From Stellaceae bacterium (GTDB lineage Bacteria > Pseudomonadota > Alphaproteobacteria > ATCC43930 > CGMCC-115725): a DNA stretch of 64,000 bases. The stretch lies in assembly GCA_041488295.1 (NCBI GenBank), contig JBGPOZ010000001.1:1439-65438 (forward strand). The letters are read 5' to 3'. A program made the translations under genes and the position numbers. Numbering within the stretch: position 1 is the first letter of the stretch; each line of letters opens with the position of its first letter. The notes beneath the pieces were generated by a model, which worked only from the letters and a program-made list of their open reading frames with translations, was not told where the DNA came from and searched no databases. Positions 9,439 through 19,586 of the stretch are shown in pieces.

Positions 9439-10187
9439 CTGACGATCGCGCGGCACGTGCCGCCGCGCTTCTTCTCGAGGCGCGCCGCTCGGGCAAGGGC
9501 CTCGGCGAGCTTCCGGCGAATTGCCGGCCGCGCAATGTCGCGGAGGCTTACGCGATCCAGGATGCCGTCGCTGATCGCAGCGGACCTATTCGCGCCTGGA
9601 AGACCGGCGCGCCGAGCCCGGTGGCGGAGGCTTCCTACGCGCCGATCTTCACCGTCGTTGCAAGCCCGTCGCGCTTTCCCGCCGCGGCGCAACGCCTCTT
9701 CGGCATCGAGGCCGAGATCGCGTTTCGAATCGCCAAAGATCTGCCGAAACGCGGCGCCGCCTACGATCGCGCCGACATCCTCGCGGCTATCGCCAGCATG
9801 CATCCGGCGATCGAGCTCGTCGATTCGCGCTTTTCCGACTGGCAGAAGGTCGACCCTCTGACGAAGCTTGCCGACAACCAATCGAACGGCGCGTTGGTCT
9901 ACGGCGCCGCGGTCGCGGAGTGGCGGGGGCTCGATTTGATCCGGCCGCCGCTCGCGGTGCGGATCGACGGCGCCACCGTCGCCGAAACGAGCGGCAACAA
10001 TGGCGGCGACCCGCTGCGTCTCCTCACCGCCCTTTCCAATCATTGCGCGGCGCGCACCGGCGGATTGCGCAAAGGCGATTTCGTTACGACGGGATCGTTG
10101 ATGGGCATCGTCTTCGCGCCGCCCGGCGCCGAGGTGATCGCCGATTTTGGTCGCCTCGGCGAGGTGCGTATCGCGTTCCCGACGTAG
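9435..10187 (+). CDS. 2-keto-4-pentenoate hydratase / FAH-fold hydratase-decarboxylase family protein
   Basis: 250-aa ORF with AYAIQDAV...GIEAEIAFRI...GDFVTTGSL, typical of MhpD/HpcG-like hydratases. ATGA overlap with the preceding frame. Confidence 0.7.
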   Translation: MTDDRAARAAALLLEARRSGKGLGELPANCRPRNVAEAYAIQDAVADRSGPIRAWKTGAPSPVAEASYAPIFTVVASPSRFPAAAQRLFGIEAEIAFRIAKDLPKRGAAYDRADILAAIASMHPAIELVDSRFSDWQKVDPLTKLADNQSNGALVYGAAVAEWRGLDLIRPPLAVRIDGATVAETSGNNGGDPLRLLTALSNHCAARTGGLRKGDFVTTGSLMGIVFAPPGAEVIADFGRLGEVRIAFPT

Positions 10188-10204
10188 AGGGCTCGCTCGC
10201 AAAG

Positions 10205-11680
10205 TCATCCGCCCCCGAACGGGTCTTCGACGAAGGGCCACTGCGTTTTTGGTGCCTTGCGATAGGGCATCGCGAGGAAATCGGGTGCGACCGCGCCCGG
10301 CACCGCGACATAGAGGATCTCCGAGGCGACCGGCGCGTAGGCGGCGTGGAAATGCTGCATCGATTTGACGACGACGACTTTCTTGGTCGACGGGTCGACG
10401 CCGACATTGGTGAAGCAGTCGAGGCTCTTGCACTGGCTGCGCAAGGTGTTGCACACGACAGAGATGCCGGCGACGTCGAATGCCGCCATGTCGCCGATCG
10501 GAATGAAGCACTTGTCGCGGCCGCCGAACGAGACATGGGCATCGCGCCTGAGGCCCGTCACCGTCGCGCGCAAATCAAGCGGCGAGCCCGATGTTGGGCC
10601 GAGCTTGCCGCCGAGGCGGAGATCGACAGTCGCGCCGTCGCCGGCTTCGAAGGCGATACGCACCGCCATCGGGTCCCAGAACATGCCGATCGCGCCTTGG
10701 CGGACGCCCTTCTCCAGCATCGCCTGAAGGATGAAGGTCGAATCGCTGGCGGCGCCGCCGCCGGCATTGTCCGAGACGTCGGCCAAGACGAGCGGCTTCG
10801 CTTGGTTATGGCGAAGGGCGCGGGCCATGGCCTGTTCGAGGGTCGTGTAGCTGGGTTGCGTCTCCTTGCGCAGTCGGAAGAACTCGGCGCCGAGCTCCTT
10901 GGCGACCCTGTCGGCCTTGGTTTTGTCGCCGTCGGTCACGACGACGATCTTGCTTCCCATGTCCTCGACGTCGGCCCAGGGAAAGCCGTGGACGATCGAG
11001 ACTGAGAGGATCCCGTCCTTGCCTTCGAGCGCGGCGCATCTGTCGACGAAGCCGCGCATCGGCTGGCGCGTCGTATGGAAGACGCCGACCATGCGGCAAT
11101 CGAACCAGCCCATCACCGGCTTCGTGCGCCCGGCCATCGCATCGGTGATGAGCTGGAAGAGTTCCTCGGCGCGCTCCGATATGTCGATATGGGGATACTC
11201 TTTGAAAAGGATGATCGCAGTCGCGTTTTCGAGTTTCTGCCGACTGACATTGCCGTGAAGGTCGAGCTCAACGCCGACCGGGACGCGCGGCCCGACGACA
11301 CTCCGGACATGCGCCAGGAGATCGCCTTCGGCGTCGTCATATCCTTCGGCCACCATCGCGCCGTGCAGCGAGAGCAGGACTGCGTCGACCGGAAGAGCCG
11401 CCTTGAGATCCGCCAGGATCTCGTCGCGAAAGCCTTCATAGACCCTCTTCACCGTCTTGCCGGCTGGCATGGCGAAGGCGCAGAGGCTCTCGATCACCTC
11501 CCAACCCTTCGCCTCGCTCATCCGGCGCCAGACCTCGAGCGGCGTGCCGAACATCGGCACCTTGTCGCCGTAGCTGCGCCTGCGGAAGAGGCAGGTCTCC
11601 TCGAAGAGTTGCATGCCAGTCGGCAGCGACGAAAAGGTGTTCGTCTCGGTGCCGAGCGTCGCGGTGAAGATGCGGGTCAT
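10205..11680 (-). CDS. M81 family metallopeptidase (MlrC/microcystinase C-like)
   Basis: About 491 aa. The N-terminal TETNTFS motif and the two-domain MlrC architecture were recognised. ATG 11680 has better RBS spacing than 11689. Confidence 0.8.
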   Translation of the reverse strand: MTRIFTATLGTETNTFSSLPTGMQLFEETCLFRRRSYGDKVPMFGTPLEVWRRMSEAKGWEVIESLCAFAMPAGKTVKRVYEGFRDEILADLKAALPVDAVLLSLHGAMVAEGYDDAEGDLLAHVRSVVGPRVPVGVELDLHGNVSRQKLENATAIILFKEYPHIDISERAEELFQLITDAMAGRTKPVMGWFDCRMVGVFHTTRQPMRGFVDRCAALEGKDGILSVSIVHGFPWADVEDMGSKIVVVTDGDKTKADRVAKELGAEFFRLRKETQPSYTTLEQAMARALRHNQAKPLVLADVSDNAGGGAASDSTFILQAMLEKGVRQGAIGMFWDPMAVRIAFEAGDGATVDLRLGGKLGPTSGSPLDLRATVTGLRRDAHVSFGGRDKCFIPIGDMAAFDVAGISVVCNTLRSQCKSLDCFTNVGVDPSTKKVVVVKSMQHFHAAYAPVASEILYVAVPGAVAPDFLAMPYRKAPKTQWPFVEDPFGGG

Positions 11681-11843
11681 GGGCGTCATCCTTCGGACGG
11701 GGATAGCATCACGCGAGCTTAGCGCGACGCGATCATCAAGCGGTACTGGGGTCGATGTGTCTGTTGGCCGTATATTTCGGAAAAGCGCTCAGCCGGTAGG
11801 ATCGAAGGCTCAATCGCGTCCAAATCTCGAGGAGTTCTCGCTC

Positions 11844-12245
11844 TCAGTTCAGCCGCCGCGGATCGGGGCGCCGGGTCTGGTCCGGCATGAGGAGCGGGCC
11901 CGCCTGATGGTGGACCATGCGCCATACGCCGTCCTCCTTGGCGAAGGCATTGGTCGCGGCGAGGGTCGAGGTCCCGAGATCCTCTTCGCATGTGACGATA
12001 GCGGCCTCGCCGTAAATCGCGGCATCCTCCTCATGGCACATCACCCGCGGCGCCTCGGGATTGCCGAGGATGTCGCGCCAGCTCCGCAGGATCGCGTCGC
12101 GCTCGCGCAGGATCATCCAGCCGGGATGGAGACAGGAGACCGGGAGGCGGAGCGCCCACAGCGCCTCCATCGCCTTCATGTCGCGCGTCGTGAAGGCGCG
12201 ATAGAATTCGCGGTTCGCCGCGAGCACCCTGTCCATCTCATTCAT
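11844..12245 (-). CDS. nuclear transport factor 2 / SnoaL-like (DUF4440) family protein
   Basis: 133 aa. ANREFYRAFTTRDMKAMEALWA...VSCLHPGW is typical of the SnoaL-like fold. Confidence 0.7.
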   Translation of the reverse strand: MNEMDRVLAANREFYRAFTTRDMKAMEALWALRLPVSCLHPGWMILRERDAILRSWRDILGNPEAPRVMCHEEDAAIYGEAAIVTCEEDLGTSTLAATNAFAKEDGVWRMVHHQAGPLLMPDQTRRPDPRRLN

Positions 12246-12338
12246 TCGTTGCCCCCTCGCGCGGATCGGGTATTCAGAACGGCAAGCTTGGCGCTATAGA
12301 ATGCGCGCAACGGTCAAATTCACCGGGAGGCTTCGGAT

Positions 12339-13229
12339 ATGCAAGTCGGTTTCATCGGATTGGGCATCATGGGTCGGCCGATGGCCGGCCACCTCCTCGC
12401 GGCGGGGCATTCGCTCTTCGTCTTCGGCGGCCGTTCCGTGCCGCCCGAGATCAAGGAGAAAGCGACCCTTTGCGCCACCATCAAGGAAGTCGCCGAGAAA
12501 TCCGAGGCGATCATCCTCATGGTCCCCGATACGCCCGACGTCGAGCGGGTGCTGTTCGGGCCGGCGGGCGTCGCCGAGGGGTTGAAGAGCGGCAAGACCG
12601 TCATCGACATGTCGTCGATCTCGCCGATCGAGACCAAGGCGTTCGCGAAGAAGATCAACGCGCTCGGCTGCGACTATCTCGACGCACCAGTTTCGGGGGG
12701 CGAGGTCGGGGCCAAGGCGGCCTCGCTCACCATCATGATCGGCGGGCCGGAAAAAGCGTTCGAGCGAATGAAGCCGCTGTTCGAGAAGATGGGCAAGAAC
12801 ATCACCCTTGTCGGCGGCAATGGCGATGGGCAGACCACCAAAGTCGCAAACCAGATCATCGTCGCGCTGACCATCGAGGCGGTGGGCGAGGCGCTGCTCT
12901 TCGCCTCCAAGGCCGGTGCCGATCCGGCGAAGGTGCGGGCGGCGTTGATGGGCGGCTTTGCTTCATCGCGCATCCTCGAAGTCCATGGCGAGCGCATGAT
13001 CAAGCGCAACTTCCAGCCCGGCTTTCGCATTGAGCTTCACCAGAAGGATCTGAACCTCGCGCTCCAGGGCGCGAAGTCGCTCCATCTGTCGCTGCCCAAC
13101 ACGGCGACGGCGCAGGAACTCTTCAACGCTGCCTCGGCGAATGGCGGCGCCGCATGGGATCACTCGGGCATGGTGCGTGTCCTCGAGATGCTGGCGGCGC
13201 ACGAGATCGGCGGCAAGGTCGCTGGGTGA
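12339..13229 (+). CDS. glxR: 2-hydroxy-3-oxopropionate (tartronate semialdehyde) reductase
   Basis: 296 aa with the Rossmann motif GFIGLGIMG and the 3-hydroxyisobutyrate dehydrogenase family core (DAPVSGG..GA..G.L.IM.GG). Confidence 0.85.
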   Translation: MQVGFIGLGIMGRPMAGHLLAAGHSLFVFGGRSVPPEIKEKATLCATIKEVAEKSEAIILMVPDTPDVERVLFGPAGVAEGLKSGKTVIDMSSISPIETKAFAKKINALGCDYLDAPVSGGEVGAKAASLTIMIGGPEKAFERMKPLFEKMGKNITLVGGNGDGQTTKVANQIIVALTIEAVGEALLFASKAGADPAKVRAALMGGFASSRILEVHGERMIKRNFQPGFRIELHQKDLNLALQGAKSLHLSLPNTATAQELFNAASANGGAAWDHSGMVRVLEMLAAHEIGGKVAG

Positions 13230-13230
13230 G

Positions 13231-14511
13231 GTGACCGAGCCGCGTCTCCTCCTCGAGATGTTCGACGCGGCGATCCGTGCCGCGGCCCCCGGCGTATGCG
13301 TGCCGCCGCATTTGCCGCCGCCGCCCAGGGGCCGCACCATCGTCGTCGGCGCCGGCAAGGCCGCGGCGGCGATGGCGCAGGCGGTCGAGGCGCATTGGTC
13401 GGGCGATCTCTCCGGCCTCGTCGTGACGCGCTACGGCCACGCCGTGCCGTGCCGGCGGATCGAGGTCGTCGAGGCGGCGCATCCGGTGCCGGACGAGGCC
13501 GGGCGCAACGCCGCGGCGCGGATTCTCAAGATGATGCAGGGGCTTGGCGCAGACGATCTCGTCCTTTGCCTCATCTCGGGCGGCGGTTCGGCACTTTTGG
13601 CGCTGCCGGCGCCGGGCATCGCGCTCGAGGAGAAGCAAACGGTCAACAAGGCGCTCTTGAAGAGCGGCGCCACGATCGGCGAGATGAATTGCGTGCGCAA
13701 GCACCTCTCGGCGATCAAGGGCGGCCGCCTTGCTGTCGCGGCGGGGCCGGCGCGGGTCGTCTCGCTGATGATCTCCGACGTGCCGGGCGACGATCCCTCG
13801 GTCATCGCTTCCGGCCCGACCGTTCCCGATCCGACCAGCTTCGCCGACGCCTTGGCGATCATCGAAAAATACCGCATCGATCCGCCGCCTTCGGTCATGG
13901 AGCGTTTGCGGCGCAGCAGCGATGAGACGCCGAAGCCTGACGATCCCCGGTTCGCACGCGTCGAGAACCGCATCGTTGCGCGACCGCAGGAATCGCTCGA
14001 AGCGGCGGCGACGGTTGCGAGGGCGGCGGGTTACGCGCCGGTCATCCTCGGCGACGCGCTCGAAGGCGAGGCGCGCGAGATGGCGCTGGTGCTCTCGGGC
14101 ATCGCCAAGCAATGCGTGCGGCACCGCCAACCGGTAGCGCCGCCCGCGGTGCTTCTCTCCGGCGGCGAGACGACGGTGACGGTGCGCGGCAAGGGGCGAG
14201 GGGGGCGAAATGCCGAGTTCCTCCTCGCGCTCGCCGTGGCATTGGATGGGTTGCCGGGCGTCTTCGCCCTTGCCGGCGACACCGACGGAGTCGACGGGAC
14301 CGAGGACAATGCCGGCGCCCTCATCGAGCCCGATACCTTGGCGCGCGCCGTCGAGCACGGCCTTTCCGCCAAAGCCTATCTCGCCGACAATGACGGATAT
14401 TCCTTCTTCGACCGGCTCGACGATCTCGTCCTCACCGGGCCGACCCTCACCAATGTCAACGACTTCCGAGCGATCCTCATTGCAGACGCCGCGGATAAGG
14501 GTAAGAACTGA
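13231..14511 (+). CDS. ttuD: glycerate 2-kinase / hydroxypyruvate reductase (TtuD, MOFRL family)
   Basis: ORF 13141..14511, with the likely GTG start at 13231, 1 nt after the glxR stop. It has an N-terminal DUF4147 and a C-terminal MOFRL domain (GGETTV...GGRN.E..L). Confidence 0.85.
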   Translation: MTEPRLLLEMFDAAIRAAAPGVCVPPHLPPPPRGRTIVVGAGKAAAAMAQAVEAHWSGDLSGLVVTRYGHAVPCRRIEVVEAAHPVPDEAGRNAAARILKMMQGLGADDLVLCLISGGGSALLALPAPGIALEEKQTVNKALLKSGATIGEMNCVRKHLSAIKGGRLAVAAGPARVVSLMISDVPGDDPSVIASGPTVPDPTSFADALAIIEKYRIDPPPSVMERLRRSSDETPKPDDPRFARVENRIVARPQESLEAAATVARAAGYAPVILGDALEGEAREMALVLSGIAKQCVRHRQPVAPPAVLLSGGETTVTVRGKGRGGRNAEFLLALAVALDGLPGVFALAGDTDGVDGTEDNAGALIEPDTLARAVEHGLSAKAYLADNDGYSFFDRLDDLVLTGPTLTNVNDFRAILIADAADKGKN

Positions 14512-14512
14512 C

Positions 14513-15589
14513 ATGAGGCAATATCGGATCGCCGCCATTCCGGCGGATGGCATCGGCAAGGAAGTGATCGGGGCGGGAATCGAGGTTCTTCGCGTTGTCG
14601 AAGAGCGCGAGGGCGGCTTCAGGCTTGCCGTCGAGAGCTTCCCCTGGGGCTCCGACTACTACCGTCGCTACGGGCGGATGATGGCGGAGGATGGCCTCGA
14701 GCAGCTCCGCGCATTCGATGCCATCTATTTCGGCGCCGTCGGCGATCCGCAGATTCCGGATCACGTGACGCTCTGGGGTTTGCGGCTGCCGATCTGCCAG
14801 GGCTTCGACCAATACGCCAATCTCCGCCCGGCGCGCCTGCTGCCGGGCATCACCGGCCCGCTCCGTGGCGTCGGCCCCACCGATCTCGACTGGGTCATCA
14901 TCCGCGAGAACAGCGAGGGCGAGTATTCCGGCAATGGCGGGCGCGTCCATCGCGGCCTTCCCGAGGAAGTCGCGACCGAAACCTCGGTCTTCACCCGGGT
15001 CGGGGTCGAACGCATCATGCGTTTTGCGTTCGAGGTCGCCAAAAGCCGGAAGCGCCGGCACTTGACGATCGTCACCAAGTCGAACGCGCAACGCCACGGC
15101 ATGGTGATGTGGGACGAGATTGGCGCCGTCGTTGGCCGCGACTATCCCGAGGTTTCGGTCGACAAGGAGCTGGTCGACGCCATGACGACGCGCATGGTGT
15201 TGAAGCCTCGGACCATCGACACCATCGTCGCGACCAACCTCCACGCCGATATTCTGAGCGACCTCGCCGCGGCGCTCGCTGGCAGCCTTGGCATCGCGCC
15301 TACGGCCAACCTCGATCCGAGCCGGCGATTCCCCTCGATGTTCGAGCCGATCCACGGCTCGGCCTTCGACATCATGGGAAAGGGCATCGCCAATCCGATC
15401 GCGACCTTCTGGACCGGCGCCTTGATGCTGGAGCATCTCGGCGAGAAGGATGCGGCGGCGCGCCTCATGGCGGCGATCGAGCGCGTGACCGCGAGCGGCG
15501 CCGTCGCGACGCCCGACCTCGGCGGCAGGGCGACGACGCAAGAGGTCACCGAGGCGGTTTGCGATGCCTTGCGCAGCGCCAATACGTGA
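14513..15589 (+). CDS. ttuC: tartrate dehydrogenase/decarboxylase / D-malate dehydrogenase
   Basis: ATG 14513 (MRQYRIAAIPADGIGKEV...). Isocitrate/isopropylmalate dehydrogenase family signature NLHADILSDLAAALAGSLGIAP. Confidence 0.85.
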   Translation: MRQYRIAAIPADGIGKEVIGAGIEVLRVVEEREGGFRLAVESFPWGSDYYRRYGRMMAEDGLEQLRAFDAIYFGAVGDPQIPDHVTLWGLRLPICQGFDQYANLRPARLLPGITGPLRGVGPTDLDWVIIRENSEGEYSGNGGRVHRGLPEEVATETSVFTRVGVERIMRFAFEVAKSRKRRHLTIVTKSNAQRHGMVMWDEIGAVVGRDYPEVSVDKELVDAMTTRMVLKPRTIDTIVATNLHADILSDLAAALAGSLGIAPTANLDPSRRFPSMFEPIHGSAFDIMGKGIANPIATFWTGALMLEHLGEKDAAARLMAAIERVTASGAVATPDLGGRATTQEVTEAVCDALRSANT

Positions 15590-15608
15590 TCCGTCGGAGC
15601 GAGAAGCG

Positions 15609-16598
15609 ATGGCCAGTCGCCGCATTTGCATCTTCGGGGCCGGCGCGATCGGCGGATTTCTTGGCGCGCGTCTGAGCGCGTCCGGCGTTGCGGTGAGCTT
15701 GGTTGCGCGCGGCACGCATGGCGCCGCTATCCGCGAGCAAGGGCTGCGCCTCATCGCGGCCGGAGGCGACATCGTCGTGCGACCGCCATGCACGGATGAT
15801 CCGAAGACACTTGGCCCGCAAGACATCGTAATCCTTGCGGTGAAGGCGCCGGCGCTGCGCGATGCGGCGGGCGGCATTCGACCTCTTCTTGGCCCTCACA
15901 CGGCGCTCGTCGCAGCCGTCAACGGCGTGCCGTGGTGGTATTTTCATGGTCTTGCCGGCGCCCATGCCGACCGCCGCGTTGCGAGTGTCGATCCGGACGG
16001 CGCGCTATGGGAGGGTCTGCCGCCGCAACGCACCGTCGGCTGCGTCGCCTATGCCGCGAGCGAGATCGTAGCGCCTGGCGTCGTGCGGCACGTCTCGGGC
16101 CAGAAATTTGTCCTCGGTGATCCGACGGGTGCACTTGGAGAACCCACCGCCGCCTTGTCCCAACTTCTGATCAAGGCTGGCTTCGACGCGCCGATCAGCC
16201 CCGATATCCGGCAAGAGCTCTGGAACAAATTGTGGGGCAATCTCGCCTTCAACCCACTGAGCGTGCTGACCGGCGCGCGGCTCGATCAATTGGCGCGCGA
16301 TCCCGACTCGCGCGATGTGGCGTGGCACATGCTCGGCGAGGCGCGCGAGGTCGGCCTGCGGCTCGGCATCAAATTCCCGACCGAGATCGACCGCCGGATC
16401 GCCGCAGCCGAAGCCGTTGGCCCGCACAAGACGTCGATGCTACAGGATTTCGAGCGCGGTCGCCCGCTCGAGCTCGACGCGCTCCTTGGCGCGGTCGTCG
16501 AAATCGCTCGCCTTTTCGAGGTGGCGACGCCGGTCTGCGATATCGTGCTCGGTCTCGTGCGCCAGCGCGCACGGCTCGCCGGCTGTTATCCCGGCTGA
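15609..16598 (+). CDS. 2-dehydropantoate 2-reductase (ApbA/PanE) family protein
   Basis: ATG 15609 (MASRRICIFGAGAIGG...). It has an ApbA N-terminal Rossmann domain and the C-terminal KTSMLQD motif. The stop shares one nucleotide with the hpnA ATG (TGATG). Confidence 0.8.
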   Translation: MASRRICIFGAGAIGGFLGARLSASGVAVSLVARGTHGAAIREQGLRLIAAGGDIVVRPPCTDDPKTLGPQDIVILAVKAPALRDAAGGIRPLLGPHTALVAAVNGVPWWYFHGLAGAHADRRVASVDPDGALWEGLPPQRTVGCVAYAASEIVAPGVVRHVSGQKFVLGDPTGALGEPTAALSQLLIKAGFDAPISPDIRQELWNKLWGNLAFNPLSVLTGARLDQLARDPDSRDVAWHMLGEAREVGLRLGIKFPTEIDRRIAAAEAVGPHKTSMLQDFERGRPLELDALLGAVVEIARLFEVATPVCDIVLGLVRQRARLAGCYPG

Positions 16599-17602
16599 TG
16601 GCGGCGGAGCAGCCAACGGCGCTTGTGACCGGAGCTTCCGGTTTCGTCGGATCGGCCGTCGCGCGGTGTCTCGTCGCTGCCGGGTTTCGGGTGCGGGCTC
16701 TCCTACGGCCGACAAGTGATCGCCGCAACGTCGATGGGCTCCCAGTCGAGATCCGTATCGGCGCGCTCGACGACCCGGCCGGCCTCGGCCCAGCGCTCGA
16801 AGGTTGCAGCCACCTCTTCCACGTCGCCGCAGATTATCGGCTTTGGGTCCCGGATCCGGCGTCTATGTTCCGCGTCAATGTCGACGGTACGCGGCGCCTC
16901 ATGGAAGCGGCGCTTGCCGCCGGCGTCGAGCGCATCGTCTACACGAGCAGCGTCGCGACGCTCGGCCTCCTCGCCGACGGCAGTCCTGCCGACGAGTCGA
17001 CGCCGAGCCGCTACGCAGACATGATTGGGCCCTACAAGCAGTCGAAGTTTCGTGCGGAGGAAGCGGTGCGTGATCTCATTGCCGAGCGCCGGCTTCCGGC
17101 CACGATCGTCAACCCGTCGACGCCGGTCGGACCGCGCGACGTAAAACCGACTCCGACGGGCCGCATGATCCTAGAGGCGGCCAGCGGTCGCATGCCGGCC
17201 TTCGTCGATACCGGCCTCAACCTCGTCCATGTCGATGACGTCGCCGCGGGTCATCTTCTCGCGGCGGAGAAGGGTCGGGTGGGCGAGCGCTACATTCTCG
17301 GCGGCGACAACCTCACTCTGGCGCAGATTCTTGCCGAGGTCGCAGCCGTCGCCGGACGGAAACCGCCGAGGCTGCGCCTACCGATCGCGCCGTTAATGCC
17401 GTTGGCGATGCTCGCCGAGGCTCTTGCTCGACTCACGGGAAAGGAGCCGTTCGTGACGCGTGACGGACTGCGCATGGCGCGCAAGAAGATGTACTTTTCC
17501 TCGGCGAAGGCGCGCGCCGAGCTCGGCTACACGCCGCGCCCGGCGCGCGACGGGATCGCCGACGCGATCCTTTGGTTTCGTCAGGCAGGGTATTGTCGAT
17601 GA
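16598..17602 (+). CDS. hpnA: hopanoid-associated sugar epimerase HpnA (NAD-dependent epimerase/dehydratase)
   Basis: VTGASGFVGSAV Rossmann motif and YKQSK active site. It sits at the head of the hpnB-C-D-E-shc series. Confidence 0.85.
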   Translation: MAAEQPTALVTGASGFVGSAVARCLVAAGFRVRALLRPTSDRRNVDGLPVEIRIGALDDPAGLGPALEGCSHLFHVAADYRLWVPDPASMFRVNVDGTRRLMEAALAAGVERIVYTSSVATLGLLADGSPADESTPSRYADMIGPYKQSKFRAEEAVRDLIAERRLPATIVNPSTPVGPRDVKPTPTGRMILEAASGRMPAFVDTGLNLVHVDDVAAGHLLAAEKGRVGERYILGGDNLTLAQILAEVAAVAGRKPPRLRLPIAPLMPLAMLAEALARLTGKEPFVTRDGLRMARKKMYFSSAKARAELGYTPRPARDGIADAILWFRQAGYCR

Positions 17603-18741
17603 CGATCGCACTTGCCGCCCTGTCCCTCGCGATCTGGCTCTATCTGCTCTTTGCTCATGGCGGGTTCTGGCGGGAGCGGCCGGTACCTCCGCTCGCCGCG
17701 CCGGCGCGTTGGCCGGAAGTCGTCGCGGTCGTGCCGGCACGTGACGAAGCGAAGACGATCGGCCGGGCGATCGCGTCGCTTCTGCGCCAGCGTTATCCCG
17801 GCGCCTTCTCGATCGTGCTCGTCGACGATCACAGCAGCGACGAGACCGTCGCCGCGGCAACGCGCGTCGCGCGCGAGATCCGTTCGCCCGCTCATCTGAC
17901 GATTGTTCCAGCCGGCCCGCTGCCGCGTGGCTGGACCGGCAAGCTCTGGGCGGTGAGCGAGGGGTTGCGCCACATCGACGAGGTCGGCAACGCCGCGGAA
18001 TGCGTGCTCCTCACCGATGCCGACATCGAGCATGACCCCGACAATCTTGCCGAGCTCGTCGCGCGCATGGAGAAGCGCCGTCTCGATCTTGCCTCGCTCA
18101 TGGTGCGCCTTCGCTGCAACTCGATCGCCGAGCGCCTTCTCGTCCCGGCCTTCGTCTTCTTTTTTCAGATGCTCTATCCCTTCGCATGGGTGAACGACTC
18201 ACGACGCAGCACCGCCGGCGCCGCCGGGGGCTGCATGCTGATTCGCCGCGCCGCCCTTGCCAAGGCGGGCGGCATCGCCAGCATTCGCGGTTCTCTCATC
18301 GACGATTGCGCGCTCGGCAGGACAATGAAGCGGCATGGCCGCATATGGCTCGGTCTCACCGAAAAGACGCAGAGCTTGCGCCGCTATCCGCGGCTCGGCG
18401 ATATTTGGCGTATGATCGCGCGTACAGCTTACACTCAGCTCAATCAATCGCCGCTCCTGCTCGGCGGGGCGATACTCGGCATGTCGGTGACTTTTCTCGC
18501 GCCGCCGTTCCTTGTGCCGGCCGGAGGATTGGCGGGATTGCTCGCGGTACTTGCCTGGCTTGCCATGACGATCGCCTTCACCCCGACATTGCGGCTGTAT
18601 CGGCAACCGCTTCTCATGGCGCCCCTCCTGCCGTTCATCGCTTTGTTCTACATGGCGGCGACCATCGATTCGGCGCGGCGCCATCGGCAGGGCAGGGGTG
18701 GTGAATGGAAGGGACGGATTCAGGAGCGCGACCCGGCGTGA
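17599..18741 (+). CDS. hpnB: hopanoid-associated glycosyltransferase HpnB (GT2)
   Basis: ATGA overlap with hpnA. GT2 motifs (VVPARDE, LTDADI), C-terminal membrane helices and conserved cluster position. Confidence 0.85.
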   Translation: MTIALAALSLAIWLYLLFAHGGFWRERPVPPLAAPARWPEVVAVVPARDEAKTIGRAIASLLRQRYPGAFSIVLVDDHSSDETVAAATRVAREIRSPAHLTIVPAGPLPRGWTGKLWAVSEGLRHIDEVGNAAECVLLTDADIEHDPDNLAELVARMEKRRLDLASLMVRLRCNSIAERLLVPAFVFFFQMLYPFAWVNDSRRSTAGAAGGCMLIRRAALAKAGGIASIRGSLIDDCALGRTMKRHGRIWLGLTEKTQSLRRYPRLGDIWRMIARTAYTQLNQSPLLLGGAILGMSVTFLAPPFLVPAGGLAGLLAVLAWLAMTIAFTPTLRLYRQPLLMAPLLPFIALFYMAATIDSARRHRQGRGGEWKGRIQERDPA

Positions 18742-19586
18742 CCGCCGCGGTCGAGACGCCGTCGGGAAAGAACGCATCGGGCGAGAATTTTCCGGTCGGT
18801 TCATTCCTCATCCGGCCCGCGCTGCGCCGCCACGTCCATGTCTTCTACAAATTCGCGCGCGCCGCCGATGACATCGCCGACAACCCGGCGCTGGCCGCCG
18901 CGGAGAAGGTGCGTCGGCTCGACCGTATGGCCGAGATTCTCGATGGCGCGCCGGGCGACGATGCCCCGACAGCAAGCGCCATGCGGACGAGCCTCGACGA
19001 AACGGGCGTGACCGCACAGCATTGCCACGACGTCCTCCACGCCTTCCGTCTCGATGCGACGAAGTTGCGTTACGAGGATTGGGACGATCTCATGGATTAT
19101 TGCCGATATTCGGCCTCGCCGGTCGGGCGGCAGCTTATCGATCTCCATGGCGAGGATCGCGCAGCATATGCGCCGTCCGACGCGCTCTGCTCGGCGCTCC
19201 AGGTGCTCAATCACCTGCAGGATTGCGCCGAGGATTTCCGCGCGTTGGACCGGGTTTATATCCCACGCGCCGATTTTGCCGCGGGCGGCTCGAGCATCGA
19301 GGATCTGCGGGGCGATCGGCTGACCGCCGGGCTGCGCAGAACCCTCGATCGGCTACTCGACGAAACGGACAAACTCGTCGCCGCATCCCGGGCATTGCCG
19401 CCGGCGATCGCCAGCTTCGGCTTGCGCTGCGAGAGCGCGGTCATCGTCGATCTGGCTCGCCGGCTCGCGCGCCGCTTGCGGTACGGCGATCCGCTGGCGA
19501 CGCGCGTCAAGTTGACATCAAGCGATTTCGCGAGTGCCCTCGCCATCGGCGTTTGGCGCGGGATTCCGGTGCGGCGGCGGAAATGA
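18738..19586 (+). CDS. hpnC: squalene synthase HpnC
   Basis: Squalene/phytoene synthase family (ENFPVGS, YKFARAADDIAD, LNHLQDCAEDF). GTG 18738 gives a GTGA overlap with hpnB, matching the coupling seen across the operon. ATG 18705 is the alternative start. Confidence 0.85.
   Translation: MTAAVETPSGKNASGENFPVGSFLIRPALRRHVHVFYKFARAADDIADNPALAAAEKVRRLDRMAEILDGAPGDDAPTASAMRTSLDETGVTAQHCHDVLHAFRLDATKLRYEDWDDLMDYCRYSASPVGRQLIDLHGEDRAAYAPSDALCSALQVLNHLQDCAEDFRALDRVYIPRADFAAGGSSIEDLRGDRLTAGLRRTLDRLLDETDKLVAASRALPPAIASFGLRCESAVIVDLARRLARRLRYGDPLATRVKLTSSDFASALAIGVWRGIPVRRRK

Noticed and set aside
13123-15877. Long minus-strand ORFs 13123..14559 (478 aa) and 14477..15877 (466 aa)
   Set aside because: They are antisense to ttuD, ttuC and the PanE-like gene, which carry diagnostic motifs. 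The antisense translations are Arg-rich low-complexity sequence.
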